In this document: in pieces, positions 59,058 through 64,000 of the stretch
How the letters are laid out: each line of letters opens with the position of its first letter
Numbering within the stretch: the first letter of the stretch is position 1
Source of the DNA: Cyanophora paradoxa CCMP329
Lineage: Eukaryota > Plantae > Glaucophyta
Assembly: GCA_004431415.1 (NCBI GenBank)
Contig: QPMI01000648.1
Span: 62,001-126,000 of the forward strand
Direction of reading: 5' to 3'
DNA length: 64,000 nt
Made by a program: the position numbers and the translations under genes
Notes under the pieces: generated by a model
Database searches by the model: none
Told to the model about the DNA's origin: nothing
Seen by the model: only the letters and a program-made list of their open reading frames with translations

Positions 59058-59132
59058 CACACATATGAATATTCATATTTTAATCCCTCGGCGTTCCGCC
59101 TCAGGATTAAAATATGAATATTCATATGTGTG
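59058..59132. repeat. Terminal hairpin: perfect 29-bp inverted repeat with a 17-nt loop
   Basis: CACACATATGAATATTCATATTTTAATCC (59058-59086) and its exact reverse complement (59104-59132). Confidence 0.95.
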
Positions 59133-59356
59133 ATTCGATGTTATATCAATAAAATCGATTAATTTATTTGAATTTTCACATGAATTTTCATATTTTTACA
59201 TGCATTTTCAATTAATTTAATCGATGTTATCTCGATAAACTCGATTAATCGATATTGTATCTTAATTGTAGTTAATCGGAATTATATCAATAACTTCGAT
59301 TGATCTTAATTGAATCCTAAATGAATCTAATCGGAATTATATCAATAAATTCGATT
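59133..59356. repeat. Four 28-bp dyad-symmetric repeats (consensus AATCGA-nn-TTAT-nnnn-ATAA-nn-TCGATT)
   Basis: Copies at 59133-59160, 59219-59246, 59274-59301 and 59329-59356. Confidence 0.85.
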
Positions 59357-59409
59357 AAATCATGTTCTTTTCCGATTAAATCAAATAAATATTTAACTTT
59401 GTTATCATA

Positions 59410-59845
59410 AGTGGTCTAAGTTGACTCACTTTTCATAAACATTTTGAACTCTTAGTCTCCTTGAATTTCTTAATATGACTCAACTTAGTCAACTTAGTCA
59501 ACTTTGTTACCATAATCAATCAGGGTGGACTCACTTTTAGATCAACTTTGAAATTTCAAGCAAAATCAACTTGGATTTCAAAAGTGGATCTTCTAAGTGG
59601 ACTCAATATGTTCACTTTGTGATACATGTTAGCTCAAATCCTTACTGTTTATGGTCAGGGTTGACTAAGTGGGGGGAGTTGACACATTTTTTGAAATCCT
59701 TTTTAGAAAACTTTTGGTCCCAAATATTTCCTGTGAAATTTGAGTCAACTCAACCCACTTAGTCAACCCTTGCATTGAATTCGTAACAAAATCCATATAC
59801 TTTTACTACTTTTACGATTAATATGAGTCAACCTTGAGTCCACTT
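59410..59845. repeat. Dispersed (G/T)AGTC(A/C)AC motif cluster in both orientations, including a 17-bp inverted repeat
   Basis: About a dozen copies by eye. AGGGTTGACTAAGTGGG at 59657-59673 pairs with CCCACTTAGTCAACCCT at 59754-59770. Confidence 0.75.
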
Positions 59846-60083
59846 TAATATAAATATTATATAATAGGGGGAATCTAGGGGAGATACTTACTAAATGCAG
59901 TGTCCGGGAAAATCTAAGATCCGGTTCGCGAAAGTAGCATTGTTGTATAGAGCATGCAAAGAGGATTCCGGCGATGGTCGCGGTTTTAATAGCTGATGAG
60001 TTGGTGAATAGTAACAGCAGTTTGTATGATTTTCTTGGATTTTTGGGTTCCGGAACCCAAACTTTACCCATTATCTATCCGTA

Positions 60084-60170
60084 ACGCGTTACGCACGCGT
60101 TACGCACGCGTTATGCACGCGTTATGCACGCGTTACGCATGCGTGACTCATGCGTTATGCATGCGTGACG
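60084..60170. repeat. 11-bp tandem repeat (ACGCGTTA(C/T)GC), about 8 degenerating copies
   Basis: Directly visible tandem array. Confidence 0.9.
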
Positions 60171-60476
60171 TCACGTGATATATGCATCATATATACACAA
60201 ACCTCCGACATATATACACTATATATACACAAACCTCCGTATTGCCGGTTGACCGAGAAAGAAATGTTTCGAAAAAATAGTAAAATATATATATACATAT
60301 ACATTTTTATCGGCATCTTCAAACTGTCATATCTCATCACCAGATCATCAAAACGCAACGTTCTGCATAGCGCTGTGAAGCGCTTGATATGCTCTACAAG
60401 ACTATGTGTATATCATATGCATATATGTATATCAGTCATACATATATTTGGAAAAAACGAGTTTTCGGCTATGAAA

Positions 60477-61862
60477 CTAGCTAGTTTTGGTCCTTTCTCT
60501 TAGTGTTCTCTGAGGTTTAGGGGCTGTATATGACTCCTTAGTAGTCTGAAAGTCATTATACCATCTCTGGCTATTCACTTCTGAAAGTTTCTGTGTTCCT
60601 GCTATAGTGAGCTTTTTGAGTTCCCTGTTAACTTTCCCAGCCTTCTCCTTTCTAGCCTCTATCAAAGGCTTATCTGGGACTTCATTAGAAGCTTCTATGC
60701 CTTCTCTCCTTATAGCAGCATCAGCCCTGGCTTCCTCTTTAGCTTGCTCCAAGGCATCCACTGTAGGGGTTTCTAGATATTCAACTGCATTCACAGGCAA
60801 CAGCTCATGGAAAGCAAACCTGTTTTCTATGATCTCACCAGTGGGACTCCTTAGCTTAAACTTAAAGCCTTCCCTACTATCAACAGTGTAAACCATCCTA
60901 GACCAATTGTTACCCTGTTTAGCAAAGGGGTTCTTCTCAACTTTCACTCTAACAAACATGCCAGGCTGCATGGTATCAAGGTAAGCTATTGATTTCTTGA
61001 ATCTTTCATCTTCTAATCCCACTATATACCTATAATGATCCTCTGTAGTTTCGCCTGGCTTCATCTTAGTAGCTGAGTGGACTGTATTATTGTAATTATA
61101 CTCAATATCACCTAACACATCAAAGAATCTAGCTGTGTTATTAGCTATGCAGTAGTTTGTAATCAGTCTCTTAATCTGCTTGTTAAAGGCTTCAATTCGA
61201 CCTTGGCTTCTGTGGTCAGCAGTTCCACTCACTTGGTGTTCTATGTATTTACTAGATAAATACTCCTGGAATATTCGATTTTGGAATTCACTCCCAGCAT
61301 CTGATTGAACTTTTACTATGGGTCTTGCCACTCTCATTTCAAGTTGCTTAAATGCAGCTAATGTAGTGAGAGCTGATTTATCTCTTATAGGTATGATATA
61401 CCCAGTTCTCAGTGTTGATTCCATAGCAGTCATAAAGGTATCATAACCATTGTTTTGTTTCTTGTAAGCTGGGAAAAAGAGCAAATCAATCACATAGGTA
61501 TCAAGGGGTTGCCTAATTGGGACCATGGGATCTCTCTTTCTAGATATAGCAGGTGCATTGATCTGAACTACCTCTTGCTTTTTATAGAACTCTTGCAACT
61601 GCTTATAGGATTCATCTGGTAACTCAGCCCTCATAGCTTGAAGCCCTTTGTAACCAGTTCTCACATCATAGAATCTCTTGGCAATCTTGCTAGTTTCTTT
61701 CACTGCAATAGCAACTGGGATCTCTACTGGGACAAGCTCTTTCATTTCAGACTTTTTAACAATTCGAGATTCCCCTTTTTCCTCCTTTGGAACTGTGATA
61801 GGCAGTAGGTTACCTTGTAGTTGCTCAATGGTTCTCCTGACTATTCTTCCAGTTGCTGGCAT
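60477..61862 (-). CDS. Retroviral-like (rve) DDE integrase of Polinton type
   Basis: YVIDLL (D1), VQSDAGSEFQN (D2) and GRIEAFNKQIK (E), with exactly 35 residues between D2 and E. Also YNNTVHSATKMKP and an SH3-like region GMFVRV...FAKQGNNWS...ELLPV. Intact 461-aa ORF. Confidence 0.95.
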   Translation of the reverse strand: MPATGRIVRRTIEQLQGNLLPITVPKEEKGESRIVKKSEMKELVPVEIPVAIAVKETSKIAKRFYDVRTGYKGLQAMRAELPDESYKQLQEFYKKQEVVQINAPAISRKRDPMVPIRQPLDTYVIDLLFFPAYKKQNNGYDTFMTAMESTLRTGYIIPIRDKSALTTLAAFKQLEMRVARPIVKVQSDAGSEFQNRIFQEYLSSKYIEHQVSGTADHRSQGRIEAFNKQIKRLITNYCIANNTARFFDVLGDIEYNYNNTVHSATKMKPGETTEDHYRYIVGLEDERFKKSIAYLDTMQPGMFVRVKVEKNPFAKQGNNWSRMVYTVDSREGFKFKLRSPTGEIIENRFAFHELLPVNAVEYLETPTVDALEQAKEEARADAAIRREGIEASNEVPDKPLIEARKEKAGKVNRELKKLTIAGTQKLSEVNSQRWYNDFQTTKESYTAPKPQRTLRERTKTS

Positions 61863-61865
61863 CTC

Positions 61866-64000
61866 TTAATTAAAAGGAACAGAATTAATACCATCTGGTA
61901 AGATGTATCTCTTTGCATCAAAGCAATTCAGGGCAACCCTTCTACTCACAGTATCTATTATTGTGTGATCTGCCCTTCTTTTCTGCTTTGCAGTCACAGT
62001 CTTGCTGATACCTGCAAGTAAACACTGCTTAAAATCATTGAATTGGAGTTCCTCAGTGGAAGTCCCAGAAAGCTTACTTCTCTCAATCTCAGCTGTTCTG
62101 AAACTGTAAACTTTGGCTCTCAGACCCACATACTCCAATATAGCAGAACCTGGCATCTCATTTTTGTATTTACCTGGGGTCATTCTGGAATCACCTCCAA
62201 GGTCTAATGCATAGGATATATTCTCTATATCTGTTTCAAGGGTCTTAGATTCGATATATAGACAAAAGGAATCAGTATCATGGAACAGTAATTTGGCTTT
62301 GGACCATTGGGACCTTACAGTATCATAGAAGAACCGGTAATTATGCAGTTTGGCTGCATCCAAAACATAGGCTCCAATGGCAACTGGCTTATCTAGCTTC
62401 ACATGTTTTGTGTAAAACTCAAAGGCAACTGCTCTTTCGTTTATGGGGCTTGTTGATTTCACCAATGGAGAGGCTGCATATTTCATAAACAGTTTCTCAC
62501 TGTTTGCAATCTTAACCACAGATCTACCTCTGCAAGATTCAATGCATTTCCCATAGATTGAGTTATTCATGAGCTTATAGAAATCAGCCTCGAATTTATT
62601 CACTGCTTTCCTTCTCATCTCAGTGTTCAGCTCAATATAGGGTTTCATGACAGGAGCCACAGTAAATGATAGGACCCTGTGAACTTTCTTTAATTTCACA
62701 CCTTTGTCCAACAGATACTGTAGAAGAGGCTCAGAAATCACATAGTTGGTCACAGAACCAAAGGTTGCAGTTAGCTTAGGGGTCTTATCAAGCTCTTCTC
62801 CTGAAAGATCTAATAGGCTCTTTTGATATTGTGATAATTCGGCATATTCTACTATTTTCTTGTTAATAATTAGGGGAAATCACTGTGGTCTAGATATAGC
62901 CTAATTGGGTAATCCAGATCAACTTCCAGGAAACTGGATCTGTTATCTTGTGGGTTGAATTCGGTCTCCCATCTAAAATCACCAACTGGGATTGGCTGAC
63001 TCAAACAGTAGCCATACAAGTTGTTAGCATCAAACAGCATAATGTGGGAGTTTTCACCATCAGCCTCAGCATACCTACAAGGCATTGTTGCAAAGCCACC
63101 CCTGATTCCCCTCTCAACAAATTCGTATTGCTCTACATCACTTATAAGCTCTATTTTTGCCTTGGTGGTCCTAAGCATAGCATCCCAAGATAACCCAGGT
63201 GCAGATACATAATGAACTGGGTCCAATCCATATACTGAGTGTGAAAGCCTTCTAAAAGCCTGGAATTTGTTCATTAACTCATCTACATCAGCAGCTCCAA
63301 AATCCATGAAATTGCTTGCATCAATGAACTTGTAAAGACCCCATTGCAATGACAGGTATTGATCAAAGTTTTTCGAAAGGATTTCGATTCGCTTTTTATC
63401 ACCCATGCCTGCTATTTTTCTGAAAATGAATGTCCCACAGTCATCCATTTGGTCAACAACAACTGCAACTTTGGTTTGCTTTGAGATTCTCCTATGGAGA
63501 TTGCAGTTTCTGCATGCAGGTGCAATGTAATTACCTGTGTGGTGATCATGATCTCTGCATTTGAAGTTTTCCTTAGTGAACCTCTCACTGCAAAGGTAAC
63601 AGTGTTTAGTAGCCCTGTAAATAGCCTTTTGCTCATCTGTGAGTTCATTCATTGGAATATTGGTGAACAGGAAATCGATTAGTTCTCTAGCTTTGGACTC
63701 CAAGCATTCAAAGAGACCTCCCATTGGATCCTGCCCCTCAAATCGAAAATCTTGAACATCTTCCCCAGTGACTACTCTCAGGTTGACTGCTGAGACTTCC
63801 CTTTTGGATTTCGATGCATCAATGGGGATGCTTCTATGTTCAATCTTGCAGTAAACCACAACAGGAAGCCAAACAGTTTTCCTGAGGTTTTTCAGTCCAA
63901 ACTCTATGGTGGTCTCAGGTTTTGGTGTGATTCCCTTTGAGAGTCTCCAATCAATGCATCTGTTTGAGTCCACATGAGCAGTGAGTTTAGCCTCAGACCT
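61866..64000 (-). CDS. polB: Protein-primed family B DNA polymerase (Polinton type) with endonuclease VII-like zinc-binding insert; split by a -1 frameshift at about 62873; 5' end outside window
   Basis: CYLC...CRDHDHHTGNYIAPACRNCNL; YGLDPVHYVSAPGLSWDAML; ERGIRGG; motif A FDANNLYG; LEVDLDYP; motif B FYKLMNNSIYGK; motif C FHDTDS; GLRAKVYS; DAKRYI. ORFs 62870-63973 and 61866-62753 join via HSDFP/LIINKK. Confidence 0.95.

Larger units (their letters stand above)
59058..64000 (-). mobile_element. Polinton/Maverick-like element or endogenous Polinton-like virus, left end only (continues beyond window)
   Basis: Abrupt switch from GC-rich to AT-rich DNA at 59058. About 1.4 kb of structured noncoding terminal region, then an intronless rve integrase adjacent to a protein-primed family B DNA polymerase. 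Confidence 0.93.

Noticed and set aside
59133-59356. CRISPR array (28-bp palindromic repeats with 27-bp gaps)
   Set aside because: The repeats are degenerate, the gaps are uneven (58/27/27) and share sequence, there are no cas genes, and the context is a eukaryotic mobile-element terminus.
59571-60503. Small ORFs in the element's terminal region
   Set aside because: They overlap repeat arrays, have non-protein-like composition, and partly lack the CpG avoidance seen in the element's real genes.

Overview
Eukaryotic nuclear DNA, very GC-rich and dense in short introns, many with GC donors. A plastid-transit-like N-terminus (MRPAFCLPLP) and the gene families present suggest a Cyanophora-like alga; this is inference only. 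Most ORFs in the supplied track are GC-rich shadow frames; the real genes are spliced and were read exon by exon. From 1 to 54.3 kb: a TmcB-like membrane protein (3' part), a large low-complexity protein, a TPR-like/RING-H2 locus, two duplicated aldo-keto reductases (one frameshifted) around an F-box/LRR gene, a LEA-repeat protein with repeat-sized exons, a GNAT, a TIR-TIR-NACHT-pentapeptide-14xWD40 NLR-like receptor, a formin and a second F-box/LRR gene. From 54.8 to 58.0 kb: a tight cluster of at least five different MITE families (TA-flanked Tc1/mariner-type plus one hAT with an 8-bp TSD), separated by footprint-like heptamers. At 59,058 a host gene is cut by an AT-rich, intronless Polinton/Maverick-like element that runs off the window. 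It starts with a nested-palindrome hairpin and a modular repeat region, and encodes an rve integrase and a protein-primed PolB. The PolB appears to have lost its proofreading motifs, is split by a -1 frameshift, and sits in frame with the integrase (TAA-GAG-ATG). The element's coding region almost lacks CpG except in TTCG context.
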